Source: Octopus sinensis
Taxonomy: Eukaryota
Assembly: GCF_006345805.1 (NCBI RefSeq)
Contig: NC_042997.1
Coordinates: forward strand, 434,001-498,000
DNA length: 64,000 bases
Reading direction: 5' to 3'
Both the position numbers and the translations under genes were made by a program. This document shows, piece by piece, positions 36,940 through 50,495 of the stretch. The notes below the pieces were generated by a model that ran no database searches, had not been told where the DNA came from, and was given only the letters and a program-made list of their open reading frames with translations. Every line of letters begins with the position of its first letter. Positions within the stretch are counted from its first letter, which is position 1.

Positions 36940-38900
36940 TATGTATTTCATTATGAAGACATCGAGGGGACAATGATAATTTCAGTTTTGCCTGCGACTG
37001 AAAAAACGTGTCTGTTAATTGCAGGATATAATTCTCCCATTTTTCTGTTTCTTCAACTAATATGGTTTTAATTTATGCAAATTTTCAGCAAATTTTGAGA
37101 GGAGGATTAGCCGTACCTATTCGTGAAATAACTAACAGTTTTATAATTTCAGACATTTCTCTCTTGCCCAGGCCCGTTCTCAGGAGGCGACATTGTAAAT
37201 TTGCTAACAGTTTGATAAAGTCTGGTCGAAGGAAAAAAGTTACTCGCTCACAATAATTTAGTAAGAGGTCTTTGATGAACGAAAATATACTTTGTTGCCG
37301 CTCTCCACTCGCGACAACCGGGTCCATTGAAAATCTGTCGTCCCTTCGTATCAACGTGCCTCTTATCTCGGACAACACAGTTTTCTTGTTTGACATCGAA
37401 GAAATTGTCTAGGGGTATTTTTATTGCGTACGCTTCTACTTTCCAATAGGCGTTTCGGGTAACCGTTTAACAGTTTCTCCAATCTATTGTTCTTTAAAGC
37501 TACATCTTTAATAAAACTAAGAAATTCTGTTCTAATTTTACTTTTTAATATGGTATACCACATGTCGTTGATGATTATCTCCAATTCCCTCTTAGGTCGC
37601 TTGCTATACCAGTCACTTTAAACGTCTTACATTAAATAACATTGATTTTTCAGCACTCATGTCCCTTTCTGGGTAGTTTTATGCTGGATAACATTTCAGC
37701 TAGATTTTCTAGCTAAGTAGACATCTTTCGCTGTTGCTTTCTGCTAACCAAATGAAAGTTCTATATGAATACCACTTTAAGACCCACTGCGGTTTGCTTA
37801 AGCCCATTTGGTAGTTGGGAAACAACTGCAAAGTAAGAAACACAAAGCCATGTCAGGTACGACTGCATAATTCTAGCTTCTGTACAGTTCTACTCAAGGT
37901 GTAATGATCATTGGAGACGTTCCAGATGCCTTAAAATATATGCTGGTCCGAGCTCTATCTAGGAATAAACGGTGACAAGTGTTTGGGTAAAAGGTATTCC
38001 ATTAAAACGTCAGGGATCCACACTATCATACGAGTAAAGGAAACTTTTTATATAGTGATTTAGATTTTGTGGAACAATAAGATCTAAACGTGATCTGGTT
38101 CCAGCACAGGATGCGTAAACCTCGTAGTCATTCAGACGGAGCAATAAAGCATGAGACATGGAAGTAATATATAAAGTGACCCACCATGACATACATCGTT
38201 ATTCACGTATCCCAAATTCAACGTTTTAGCATATCATGTGAAGAAATTACTGAACTTACGATACGTGTTTGTGATCTTCGTTCTCTACAGGATCCTTCTA
38301 ACGTTCTGAAGTCTACAGTCTCTCTTAACAACCAATACTTTCCTTGGGAATTTGCCCCTCATAGTTCTATACCCTAATGAAGATATCATTTTCACTTTTG
38401 AGTAGAAACGTTTCTATCGCTTCTTAATTTCTTTAGACTTGTATTTTAAGAAATCCGTCAAATCTGTTTTTTTTCTTCTAGAAGAGTATTGTTTTTCTTG
38501 CTCTTGTCATTATTGTTGCTATCCCTGTTCTGATTTTGTTGATTTTGTTGTTGATTTTTCTTTCTAGACTCTGTGTGTTTGTGTTAATTTTGTTGTTCGT
38601 CATTGTTTGATAGAAATATTACGTTCACAGACTTCCCTTAGTTTAGTTTAACCCTGCAAAACATTCGAAGTTTGAAGAACTTTCTTGCTTTTACCTGGAT
38701 CAAGACAAAATTATATTATCTTGGTCCGTGCCACTTCCATCTTGCAGTAAGACTACCAAGATCCGCGGACTCAAGTTTATCAGCCCTCTATATGAAAGGA
38801 CAACTATCCCTTGATTTAGGATTTGGGGATTTCTCCAAAACACGATTTCTGAAGTGCAGTCTCACTTGTTTCACATTTTGAAGCAAAGTTTCCAGTGGTC
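36940..38900 (+). pseudogene. Decayed cadherin repeats (block E)
   Basis: FHYEDIEGTMIISVLPATEK (36946); VFDERKYTLLPLSTRDN (37268); after a frameshift GSIENLSSLRINVPLISDNTVFLFDIEE (37320); CGTIRSKRDL (~38066); ELTIRVCDL (ORF 38186). Confidence 0.5.
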
Positions 38901-39685
38901 CATGTTTTCATTTCCTGAAAAATCAAATATTACATGACCTATTTTTGAGTTGCATTTCTGCTAGCGCTGGGAAAAAGATTTAACTGTTCTTCTTCGCGAA
39001 TGCAGAAATCGTCTTCCAGAAGCATTATGACTTCAGGCCGTTCTACATAGAATTTCATTCAACATATATCTTTGGCTTTGAAATGAAGATAGCATCTAAT
39101 CCATATGCCTGTGGTTCTTGAAATCTTGCTTCATTTATTGATGCTTTTATTTTTTATGTACTACTGTGAATGCTGTTGGCGTTATCTTCTTTTTTTTAGT
39201 GTTTTATTCCTATCACTACTTTTGGTATCTTTTGCTAGTTATTTTCCGTATTTGTTATTATTGCTGTTGCTCATCATCATGAAGCTGGTGTCAGTTATTT
39301 CGTTCAACTTTGCATTGACATTTCAACCTTTTTCTGGCCTTGTCGATGTTAACATATTTTTTGTTATCTTTTCCACCTTTCATTGCATTATTTTCCTTTT
39401 TATTTTCATTCTTGTCACTCTTGATGCTGCTGCTGTTGTTGTTGTTGTTGTTGTTGTTTACACTGTAAACGTTTTCCGCACCGTATCTGAGCTGCACCAT
39501 AAAATTAATGGCGTCGCCAGCGTTAACACGAAAGCATTTGGTATTATATTTCTCCGAACAAAAAGTTACTCTTTTGCTTTGATAAGGCAGATTTTCTGTG
39601 CACAAGCCAGATTTAGTGTTACTGCTGTCACGATTATCATGATTGCTTCTCAACGCTGCTCCCGCTTCAAACTTCAGTCTTGATA

Positions 39686-40077
39686 TCTTTATATATAAAA
39701 GTAAGGTTGTGTGTCTGTCTACTCCGATTTAGATTCCTAACTACTCCCACATTTTGCGGTGCAGTTCAACCAAAACCGGGTATCTTATAGTCGTGATTCA
39801 TATCAAGCCCTTCTGGGTATTAGCGCGCGTCTACGATGAGTCTACGATTTTAAAAATAATTTACCATCATCTTTTCCATTTTAATGCATATTTTTTTAAT
39901 ATAAGGGAAGTAACTCTCTAAAATTGTCTACGATGAGTCAACGATTTAAAAAAAATTACCATCATATTTTTTCCATTTTTAATGCATTTTTTGCTATTTT
40001 TTTGGCTATAACTCTCTAAAAATGCTTATATAGTTATTTCCCTTACAAACCCGAGCAACGCCGGGCGATACTGCTAG
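39686..40077 (+). mobile_element. Non-autonomous Helitron (~390 bp)
   Basis: Starts TC after A (39685), ends CTAG before T (40078), subterminal GC hairpin cccgagcaacgccggg (40050-40065); internal ~65-bp duplication (39829-39897 vs 39926-39992). Confidence 0.85.
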
Positions 40078-40414
40078 TTTTAAATAAAAGTGATTGCTGG
40101 GCGGGGGCCGACGTGGGTGCATGATATTTTCTCCACCAAAATTAAGAGATACGGAGCGTTTAATAATAGAGAATTTTTCAAGCAATAATAAAGATCTCAA
40201 ATTTTCTATTCAGAAACTTATCAATCACAATATAAACTTCTTGAACATCAATATACACTGTCCCTGTAACTCAGAGGTGGTACTGATGGTGACAAGGACG
40301 ATAACAACGACGACGAGGATGACGACAAGAACGACACCACCAACAACACCGTCGCCACCTCCGTCACCACCTCCGTCACCACCACCACCAGTAATAATAA
40401 TGATAATAATAATA

Positions 40415-40690
40415 ATATTGTGGGTGCCTTAGGTATGATAACAAAGGGATGTTAGAAACATTAGATAATATCTCAGGGGAAGCATGTCTCAGAGAAATCC
40501 AAAACATTTTTTCTGACAAGTATTGCCCACATCCCTAGAAAAACCCTCTCAAGTTAAACGTCTGTGATGTTTTACATAAAGATATTTCGCTATTGCCCCT
40601 GCCACCTCTCTTTCACAAAGTTTCAGTCATGCAGTAACATCTTTTATCCTTGACTCGCCCTAGGATTGTCACAATGACAACACTTTTCAG
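40415..40690 (+). mobile_element. R4/Dong-like RLE element, extreme 3' fragment 3
   Basis: Directly after (AAT)n: IVGALGMITKG...TSIAHIPRKTLSS*, resembling the C-terminal VGALG...ILR motif of the other two copies. Confidence 0.55.
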
Positions 40691-42229
40691 GGGAACGGGT
40701 CCGTGAATGCCATTGACTTTAGTTTTTGAACTCGTACTTTATTCCATCGTCTCCAAGGGGATGGAAAGTTGCTGGTAAAGTTACTCTGGGTGGGGTTTGG
40801 ACATCTTCTAAAATAGACACAAGACCACAAATTCGGTAGTAGAGATGCGTCGGTTAAATCGGCCCGATTAATTGGCTGATAATACATATTATTGAACTTG
40901 GAAGACATAAAAGGATGGATGATCCCGAAAGGAGTTCAACTGTGATCGTGGACTGATGCACCAAGACGCTAGATAGGTTTTTGACTGGCGCATTCATAAT
41001 TCTGCTGAATATAGATTACAATGATTCAGGAATACGTAGTAATACTAGATCTCCTTCAGTCAAATACATTTCTACCTTACTGATCTTTTATTTCCACTCA
41101 ACCTAAGAATTCAATAATCTTGCCAACAGTGAGTCGGAAAATTGTTTAAATGATTTGTAGTACATATTGAGTGTTCAAATCCTGATGGCGTTGACTTAGA
41201 TATATTTTTATCCGTCACGTTTATCAGAAATACTTAACAATTTTTATCCAATCGCATTCTTCTTTTTCTTTTAAATGAGGGACATTGTGACTATGCTGGT
41301 CGTCACTGTAGCTTATGTATTGAAACCACTTTTAGGCGAGTAGTTAACTGATTGTGAGCTGTACGTTTTCCAGAATTGAATCTTAAAGCTAACCTATTTC
41401 ATTATGTTTCTAATGTACTCGCGCAGGGTTTGAAAGGTTTACACAAATAACAGATACAGCTGGTTTTATTCAGTTGACTATATTCACTGCCTTACAAAAT
41501 TTGGCTTTATATCTTTGACAAAAGAAATCAGCATTGCTTTTATAGAGGCAACAGAAAATGTTATCGACGAAAATTAATTATTGCTCATAATTCCACTTTT
41601 GAAAAGAAATGTGTGCAGAGACTACTAAATCTCAATGTATAGTTTCATTTCTTTTACATACTTCTATTTTTGTCGTTTTCTCTGCAAATCCTCAGGGCTA
41701 GAATTTATACAATGTATGTCCGCTGAAATGAACTTGAAAGAAAAGTGACAGGCAGAAATATCTATCTAAAGAAATCTGTAACCTTGTCAATAATATATGT
41801 TTTATGTTTCGTGTGTTTTGTTCCGAATTTTACTTTAAAATTAACAGCAAATAATATGTATGTGACTCACATATGTATTAAAAATATATAAATTATCTGC
41901 TATCCACGCGAAAAGAATGTAAACGGTACATCATGAATACATACGCACTCACACACACATACACACATACAAACAAACACACATACACACACATACATGT
42001 GTGCATGAGTGGGTTGGTGGGTATACATGTGATAAAGAGACTCATGATCTTTGTTATAGTGTCTCATCAGAAAACTATATATAGTGGAAGTGCTTTAATA
42101 AGATATGTTAGAAATTAATTGAGACATATCTACATGTACAGATATATGAACAGACCTATAGTGGTTTACCCCCCCCCCCGCAAGTGTTTTAAAAAACCTA
42201 ACATCTCTCATTAGAAATAGGGTATCTAT

Positions 42230-42990
42230 TCTATCCTCTTTGATAAAGCATACACCTACTATAACAACGCTCTATCTAATTGGAACTTCAAAGATAAAGT
42301 ATGATATAACCCCTTCGTTAAAAATATGAATCCTAAAAGTAGACCTAGGAAAATAATAATGTTCACCACCCCTTTTTCTCCTAAAATGTTAAAACTGACA
42401 TAGGCAAAAATTGCTGGCATTATTAAATTAGCGTTTCTCAGTAAACCACAATTACAGGAAGAGTTTTAATAGACGATCGATAAAACTTTTGTACATCTGC
42501 TTCCCCATTATGTAGGGTATTATCACCTGCAAGTCACACCGAGATCCCACTCCTAGTTCTAACTGTCGAGACCCACAGGCTTGCCAATTTGATCAAGCGT
42601 GTTTGATAAACTCAGTTGTTTATGACGCCTAAGTTAGAGAAGTGCTCCAGGCAGCATAATTGAGAAGTAAAGTTAAATCTTCATGCGAAGGTAATTTTAA
42701 AAGCCGTTATGCAAGCCAGCAGTCTTCTTTCCGATGCATTAATAAAAATAAGGTCCTCAGTTGGCTGGTCAGGTATGGGATCTGAAGACTATTTGCACAA
42801 CAAATACATTCGAGTGGAGAATCGTGAGAGAAGTATATACCATATATAAATGGTTCAAAGACAAGTTATATATAGCTGAAAGATCTCTCACTCTTTTAGA
42901 TCCAAGAATTCCTCTACACTTATTAATTCCAGATCCGATTCACTAGCATATTCAAGAACATGGACAAATTCCTTTTGTCGAACTGCAAGA
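42230..42990 (+). mobile_element. Penelope-like element, C-terminal/GIY-YIG region (decayed)
   Basis: SRPRKIIMFTTPF, NVKTDIGK, SNCRDPQAC...CLINSVVY, CEGNFKSRYASQQSSFR, QVWDLK. Confidence 0.75.
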
Positions 42991-43390
42991 CACTACCCAT
43001 TTCGTTTTGAGTAGCTATTTCAAAGACCCTGTCATCATTTCCGTTATATTATTCTGCAGGACATACATTAACTATCGTTTCTACAGTAAAAAAAGAGGAA
43101 GATCGTGGTTTTTTTCACTTTTCTTTTCTTTCTTCTCGTTCCACTTTTTGCATCAATATTCTTCGCGTTTTTTCTTCTTGTCTCTTTTGTTATCATATTT
43201 TCTCATAGAGCAGCATCCTAATTTTTTTAAACTGAATCTCAAAGAATGTTTGGATATACATCGCATTTTATATAAATCTGCCAATTCAATGTAGTATCTT
43301 AAATCACGAAATTATTCGTATCTCTTGTGAAATTGTGCATATTGAATGGTATTTATCTCTCACTGGATGAAGTGCATTTTTGCTGATGCT

Positions 43391-43406
43391 ACCAATAATG
43401 GAACTT

Positions 43407-43461
<55 letters not shown>

Positions 43462-43567
43462 TATATATTCAAAATGTTTAATCTTCGGATTTTTTAAATA
43501 AGCTAAGCCAGTGGTTTTAATTTATTAATATTTCAATTTCTACCCTTATTATTTAATTTCACACACA

Positions 43568-43627
<60 letters not shown>

Positions 43628-43655
43628 GTGTGTGTGTGTGTGCATGTGCGTGTGT
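43391..43655. repeat. (TA)n and (CA)n(TA)n(TG)n microsatellites
   Basis: Seen directly (two runs). Confidence 0.9.
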
Positions 43656-44599
43656 ATTAGTCATGTGGTAGAACAGAATCTGACTGGCTGGAAAATGATT
43701 ACCCTCAAACCAGGAATCAGGTCCGCATGCTTACAACAAAGTTGGATCCGTTTAAATGTCCCAAAATGTAAGATTATGGCTGATGAACCGAGTGGCGAAG
43801 TAAGATAACCACCCAAAATAGGGGATGACAAAATTCGAACTCAGACTAGGAAATTTTTCGGCCCAGAAAATCTGCAAAGCAGTGTTGTTGTTGGCATTTA
43901 TATTCAGATCGTATACTTTCTAAACAAATATCCGAGGCTTTCTATCCGACATACTTAGTTCTAACATTTTGGCTGATTTTTTTTGTTTATTTTTATGTAT
44001 AGATATACATACTACAAACACAGTCATGCACACAGGCACATGTTATTTTATCAATGGTGCATGTACTTAGAGTTAAGCTCGAGTTGAGATGTTTAACATT
44101 TTTGTATAGGAAAATTGATGTGCAAATTACGTAAGTCTGTGTTGATATAGAACAAGATGTGTGGGCTGTGTGATACGTCTCTTTGAAAACAAATTTGAAG
44201 GTGCAGAAATTGGAAGAGAAAGTTATTGTTCCAGTATCCGAATATAAATGGTTTGTAACAATCCTTGATTCTATTGGTGTTTGTGCAAAGTGCTAGTAAT
44301 TCTTCAAGTTTTTAATGGGGTTAAAACAGAGTTGTGTTGGAAATTAGCATGAGGTAACCGAGCCTTCAAGAAAGAGACCTACACTCATTGTCACAACTGG
44401 GAAAAGAATTCTTTCGGTCATGTATTACACGAATGCAGTGGTTGGAGATCAGCATGCCTGCCAATGTCGAAGTGTCTTGCAGCACCTGCGACCGATACAT
44501 AATTACGATTCTAAACAATGGTTGTTCAGCTTGCATAACTTAAATGCATTTCACTATCTTGAAATTTATTACCGTAGTATATTCTTTTCTATTCTAGGC

Positions 44600-45313
44600 A
44601 CAAGGCTCGAAACTTTTGGGGATGAAAGGCAAAGTCGACCTCGGCGGAATTTGAACTCAGAATGTAAAGACAGGCGAAATACCGCTAAGCATTACACCTG
44701 GCGTGCTAACGTTTCCTATTTTTTACTGCCCACAAGGGGCTACACACAGAGGGGACAAACAAGGATAAACAAACGGATTAAGTCGATTATATCGAGTCCA
44801 ATGCGTAACTGGTACTTATTTAATCGACTCCGAAAGGATAAAAGCAGAGCCAACCTCGGCGGAATTTGAACTCAGTACGTAGCGGCAGACGAAATACCTA
44901 TTTCTTTACTACCCACAAGGGGCTAAACATAGAGTGGACAAACAAGGACAGACAAACGGATTAAATCGATTATATCGACCCCAATGCCTAACTGGTACTT
45001 ATTTAATCGACCCCGAAAGGATGAAAGGCAAAGTCGACCTCGGCGGAATTTGAACTCAGTACGTAGCGGCAGACGAAATACCTATTTCTTTACTACCCAC
45101 AAGGGGCTAAACATAGAGTGGACAAACAAGGACAGACAAACGGATTAAATCGATTATATCGACCCCAATGCCTAACTGGTACTTATTTAATCGACCCCGA
45201 AAGGATGAAAGGCAAAGTCGACCTCGGCGGAATTTGAACTCAGAACGTAACGGCAGACGAAATACCGCTAAGCACTTTGCCTGCGTGCTAACGTTTCTGC
45301 CAGCACGCCGCCT
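44600..45313 (-). mobile_element. SINE family 2 tandem multimer (head plus three ~184-bp units) and an adjacent truncated copy
   Basis: Units start at 44715, 44897 and 45081; the last two are identical over ~160 bp; a single head at 45265-45313. Confidence 0.92.
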
Positions 45314-45439
45314 TACCGTAGTACATAAATATTAGAACTATGCCCTCAAAGTTTTTAACTAACGCCATGAACCAGCCACTAAGTATTTTTGCTATGCACA
45401 TGATTGCTCAGTTACTCATCAACAGTGATGGTTCGATCA

Positions 45440-46125
45440 GGTGCCTATTCTCGTTACCGTATATTACTTCCACAATATGGATGAAGATATAAATGTAACC
45501 ATGTGAAAATATTTAAATGAAGGGTTCGTAGTAATAGAAGACGGCTATCTCTGGGAGCCCATAAAAGACAAAGAACTGTCTGTGGCATCAAATCTATTAC
45601 CCCATTTCAGAAAATTACCAAAGACTTTCAGTGTAGCCAATACTTGGAGAAACACTTTTGTACAATATGGTTTTGAAGTATTCGAAGTGGTTTCGTCTTT
45701 CAATTCAGAGGTGAGCCGAAACTGATATCACAATATACATCATTAATGGTGAAAATGCAAAGAAGGAAATCCTAGACATCAAGTTTTAGCAGGGGAAGCA
45801 GCGGAAGGAGTTCTTGAATTACTTTATAGCAATATTACATGCGTTAACGTGTCACTAGAAAAAGATGTCATCAATATCTTAGAACTTCAGGGGAATTTAT
45901 TTTCTAGAATTAGCATTAACGACTAAATAACTGAAGGCGTATTCTTTTCAAGTCTGCTTCAGTTGTCTGATGTTGGTTCAGAGCTTCCTTACTTATTTGA
46001 TATTTCTAAGAGTAAAACCTTAACAACAGTGGAATACAATAACTCTGCCACCTCATAACAAAGGATGCCATATTCGGCTACCTTCATCTTCTTCGCATTA
46101 ATCTCGGCTGCCATCTATTACAGGT
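45440..46125 (+). pseudogene. Decayed cadherin last repeat + membrane-proximal domain + TM segment (block G)
   Basis: One frame nearly open for ~225 codons: MDEDINVTM*KYLNEGFVVIEDGYLW...QYGFEVF; a +1 segment AETDITIYIINGENAKKEILDIK; then VLAGEAAEGVLELLYSNITCVNVS...; TM SATFIFFALISAAIYYR; three N-glycosylation sequons (NVT, NIT, NVS). Confidence 0.6.
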
Positions 46126-46189
46126 ATCAATTTATGTTATTAATTTTTATACCTTTGCATATTTCTCTGTTAAGCTATTTTATAAAATA

Positions 46190-46690
46190 CGAGGTCTGAT
46201 CAACACGTTTCCGGACTGTTGCCCTAGTAACGAAGCTAAAACACGCATAGTGAGGCTGCTTTGCAAAGATTGATCTTGAAATCTATTGTCCATGCACACA
46301 AAGTTAAAGCGTTCTAGCACTCTCCCGCCGTTTACAGCAATGCTTTGAAGGAAGGTGTGTAGCGTATGATCGTTGCATTGACCTTGGCAAACTACGCAAC
46401 CTTGCAGAACGTGTATGGAGAGGAATGTATGAGACGCACACAAGTCTACAAGGGGTTCAAACGTTTCGAAGATGGCAGCAGAAATGTTGATATCGCCGAA
46501 CGTTCTGGGAGCCCTGAAACCAGCAAAACTGAGAAAAAACATCGCAGATGTGCGTGCAGCTGAGCGGAATCGTTGAATCACCATCCATGAGTCATCAGAA
46601 GATGTGCAGATTAGTTACTGTTCAGTTCAGTTCATCATCACTGTGGATTTGGGTACAAGATGCGTGTCTGCGAAAACCCCTTTCAGCTGA
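46190..46690 (+). mobile_element. Mariner 5' half
   Basis: TA|cgaggtctgatcaacacgtttccggac terminus; LQNVYGEECMRRTQVYKGFKRFEDG...ERSGSP HTH region. Confidence 0.8.
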
Positions 46691-47104
46691 CCAAAATCCA
46701 GGTGTGTATATGTATATATATTGTAATCATCCAATACTGAAACACGTGTAGTTCCTTCATATTTAATAAATATAAGTATTGACTAAAGTATGATATAATT
46801 AGTGAAGTAGATTATATACCCAGCTGGAAATTTTGGTTATATTCTTTAAGTATTTCATCGTGATGTGCAACACTGTCTACACTAAGTTTCTCAAATAATG
46901 TGGATAAGTTAGGGTGATGGACGTTGACTCTTCCAGTGAAGGCGTGGTTTTCTTGAACTCCATGATCGATACTTCCGCATGTAGACTTATTGTTCTATCA
47001 GCCAATTGTCCAATAGGCGAATTGTCTTTCGGCTAATGAGTTTACACATTAGGTTATTATTATATTATCTGAAATAGAATACCCGCATATCGATTAATCC
47101 CGCA

Positions 47105-47150
<46 letters not shown>

Positions 47151-47591
47151 TTCTAATGCCTTCAAATTTAATACACAATTATTAATAATTGAGACGCAAT
47201 TACTTATAATTGAAGAGTCCTACGCTGAGGGGGAAAATAGTGAGGTAAGACATAATTATTTAATTTTTATGCTCTGCAATGACTTAATTCCGAAACGTAC
47301 GTCCGTAGGTGACTTAATATAGAATGATTTTCGTCATTTCTTTCTCTTTTGCCTGCGTCGTTTGCTTTTTAAGTGCTTTGGTTTTACTGGGATCTCCCTT
47401 TTAAGTAGAAAGAATAGCCAAAACTTTTTGACTGCTATTTCTAAATTCGGTGTGTGGTGAGGCAAATCGTTGCTAAACCATTAATTACTTAGTATTACTT
47501 AAACCTTCCTTGAATGGGGCTTTTACATGCCGAACACTACTTGGTGAAATTAATGATTATTTCTAAATTAATTAATTTCACCCTTTATTAT

Positions 47592-47637
<46 letters not shown>

Positions 47638-48145
47638 TATATATATATCTGTGCATATACCTATGTATTCATCTCTGTGCGTTTCAATAATTCCACCATC
47701 AGTGATAACCAATATTGGTTTGTTATATGTCCCTATAACCTAGCGGTTCGACTGAAACCTTCAAGGCGGTACTCAGTATTGCTGCACTCTAAAGACTGAA
47801 AGAAATGAAAGATAGTAAGTAGAGTCTTTACAGATTACATATTAGTGTCTTAATCGTCACATATGCAACACCTTTGTAAGTATATTTTGCCACTATGTGT
47901 AATATGAATAAATACGCATAGATGCAGAAATTATAATTTAACTGTTATCATATTTTTTGGTAATCATACAAAAGGACGAAATGAATACTAATTTTCATTA
48001 TAAAAATAGTTACTCGTATTATCTTTGTATATTTGCAATAAGTATATTTCATTATATTGATATCTCGATGGAATTTAAACTCAAACTGCTAGCAACCGGT
48101 AGTAAAATGTACATAGCATATTGAACGCAACTAGTAATACACTTG

Positions 48146-48177
<32 letters not shown>

Positions 48178-48993
48178 TGTATGTATGTATGTATGTATGT
48201 ATGTATGTATTTATGCATGCAATCATGTATGCTCCCTTCTGGTTTTAATTATATAAATTCTTCCACTGACGAAGAAGCTGGTCTCTAACGAAAATACAAC
48301 GCTCCATCGTTGGAATGTAGATAAAAACAATTTCATATTTTAAACTTGAGAAAAGCCCTGCATAGTTTTACTGTTTCATACAGAGATTGTATTTCTAATG
48401 TACAATTTAGGTGACTTTTTTCTGGAAACCCTAGCTTAGCCAGATGGTTATTGGGACATTGACTCACAAAACCAAGTGCACAATTACAATTAGTATAAAT
48501 GTGAATATATTATCTGTAGTGAGAAACTGGAGGTTTCGAGGCAGTTGTCCATAGCTAACTTCTTTGTCTTTGATATTCGAAGACATATTCAGATCCATCG
48601 GAGAGCTGGCCTCTGTGACGGTACATGCATTTTCACATCTGTCTCAAACAAAAATATCCTGTTATGTTTGCGCTTGACAGATGTTTTGTTGGGAATATTT
48701 CACCAGTATTCGTTGTATTTCTGTTTGTGCATGTATTCCATAATAGAGGGATTCTCTATATCTATTATAGATGCATTAATGTACATATGCATATATATAT
48801 ATATATACTACAAAATTAGAAAATGGAGAAACATACTTAAATCAATAAAACATTAACTATCAGATGATACCCAATCAATACTTTATTACACCATTACATA
48901 TCAGTAAAGGCATTATACAAAATATATAGTAAATATAAATAGACAAGGAAATAGAAATATAAAATATAAAATATAATATGTAATTATATCATA

Positions 48994-49103
48994 TCTGACA
49001 GCTGTTTCGGCAGTAAGGGCAGTCATACCTCATTTAACCTATAAGCCATAAAGGCAGGTATAAATGAGGCATTAACAAGGATGCCCCACGGCCTCTTCAG
49101 AGA
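48994..49103 (-). ncRNA. Type I hammerhead ribozyme motif (Penelope pLTR-type)
   Basis: Minus strand: UCU-CUGAAGA-GGC...GCC-GAAA-CAGCUG-UC-AGA; palindromic stem III; long hairpin inserted in stem II. Confidence 0.65.
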
Positions 49104-49639
49104 ATTTAATTTGTTATAATTGTGAAAAAATTATTTTTCCATATACATATAAATATAAAAATATAAAAATGTAAAATATAAAAACTTGTGCATGAACTCC
49201 ATAATGCTACACATATATAATACTTATTGATACAATAATGCAAGGTAAACAAAACAAAATAAAACAAAATATATATCAGTGTATATATTAATATTAATAA
49301 GCACAGTTATTTTACATATTTGGCTAATAGTTCTAAAAACTAACACATAGGGAGATGTATGCGCACTACTATTTAAATTAAAATCATACCTATACCTGAA
49401 AAATAATAATAAAAAACCATAGTTCAGTTCATAAAATTATAAACCTATAAAAGTCAATAAAAATTACTATTAATATTAATAATAATAATAATAATAATAG
49501 ATACAGTTATGTTTGTACCAAGTCCATCTTTTGGCAATTTTTAACATCTATGTATTAGTCTTGTTGGGTACCTATCTAGCAGTATATTGGATATATGTTA
49601 TCCCATGGTGGGTTGAATTTTTCAACCCCTATCTCATTT

Positions 49640-49774
49640 TACATATATATATATAAATATACATGCATATATATATATATATTTATAAATGTATGTATAT
49701 ATATATATATACATGCATGCACACACATTCACACACACATATACATGCATATAAATATATACGTTACGTATTAT

Positions 49775-49833
<59 letters not shown>

Positions 49834-49885
49834 GTATATATATATATAATATATATATATATATTATATATATATATATATACGT
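49640..49885. repeat. (TA)n-rich compound microsatellite
   Basis: Seen directly. Confidence 0.93.
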
Positions 49886-49889
49886 ATAT

Positions 49890-50395
49890 ATATATTCTGT
49901 TGCAACTCTTTTCAGGACACACCAGGCTTATCGACAAATTCGTCAGTTCAATGACGGTCCTCCATGAACAGTTCATGAATTTTCGTGACGTTTTCAATCG
50001 TTCTGGGGGCGACGGCTATACTGAATGAGGTTGGTCTTCAAGCGAGAAGTGACTATTCCTAAAGCGTGAATATCACTCGTAAACTTGTACTTTGCACATG
50101 GCATCCTTGTAAACAGTCTGAAGCATGACAGCTCTTTCAGTCGCTGTTTGCCGCAGCAGAAAACAGAATTTCACAGAAGCAGGTTATTTCAGACATCGCA
50201 AAAATTTGACGCACAAGGGAGAAACACGGCAAAGAAAGATGCGCTACGTAGCTGTATAACATCGCTAGATGTCGTTCGTCGGCAAACTGATACCTAAGGG
50301 TTGCATGAAGTGACTTCTAGCGGCGTAAGCCTGAGCTACAACGGATTTGTCCGACAGAGAACGTTACCGGTTACATTTTGGGTACCTCCTCATGC
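49890..50395 (-). mobile_element. Mariner-like 5' fragment
   Basis: Terminus gaggaggtacccaaaatgtaaccgg on minus; [11 protein letters not shown]...GVS resembles the mariner second HTH. Confidence 0.6.
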
Positions 50396-50405
50396 GAATG
50401 CACAC

Positions 50406-50495
<90 letters not shown>

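Larger units (their letters stand above)
40990..44520 (+). pseudogene. Scattered decayed cadherin-like fragments (block F), interrupted by a Penelope remnant and microsatellites
   Basis: ENVIDEN* (41554); VTGRNIYLKKSV (~41746); GNRAFKKETY (44353); weak. Confidence 0.3.

Noticed and set aside
37085-37584. Minus-strand ORFs suggesting a Penelope remnant (NGYPKRLLE)
   Set aside because: Single weak motif; the + strand gives several ordered cadherin motifs over the same bases.
39105-39683. 192-aa hydrophobic ORF
   Set aside because: Low-complexity T-rich sequence with (GTT)/(GCT) repeats; no recognisable family.
43775-43810. CTGATGA-acc-gagt-ggc-GAAG hammerhead-like core
   Set aside because: GAAA mutated and no stems I/III.
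44715-45264. Regular repeats as a CRISPR-like array
   Set aside because: Whole 184-bp units repeat with no unique spacers; the sequence is SINE-derived and eukaryotic.
48260-48320. CTGACGA...GAAA with ttcca/tggaa stem I
   Set aside because: Stem II unpaired and no valid NUH triplet; at most a decayed ribozyme.
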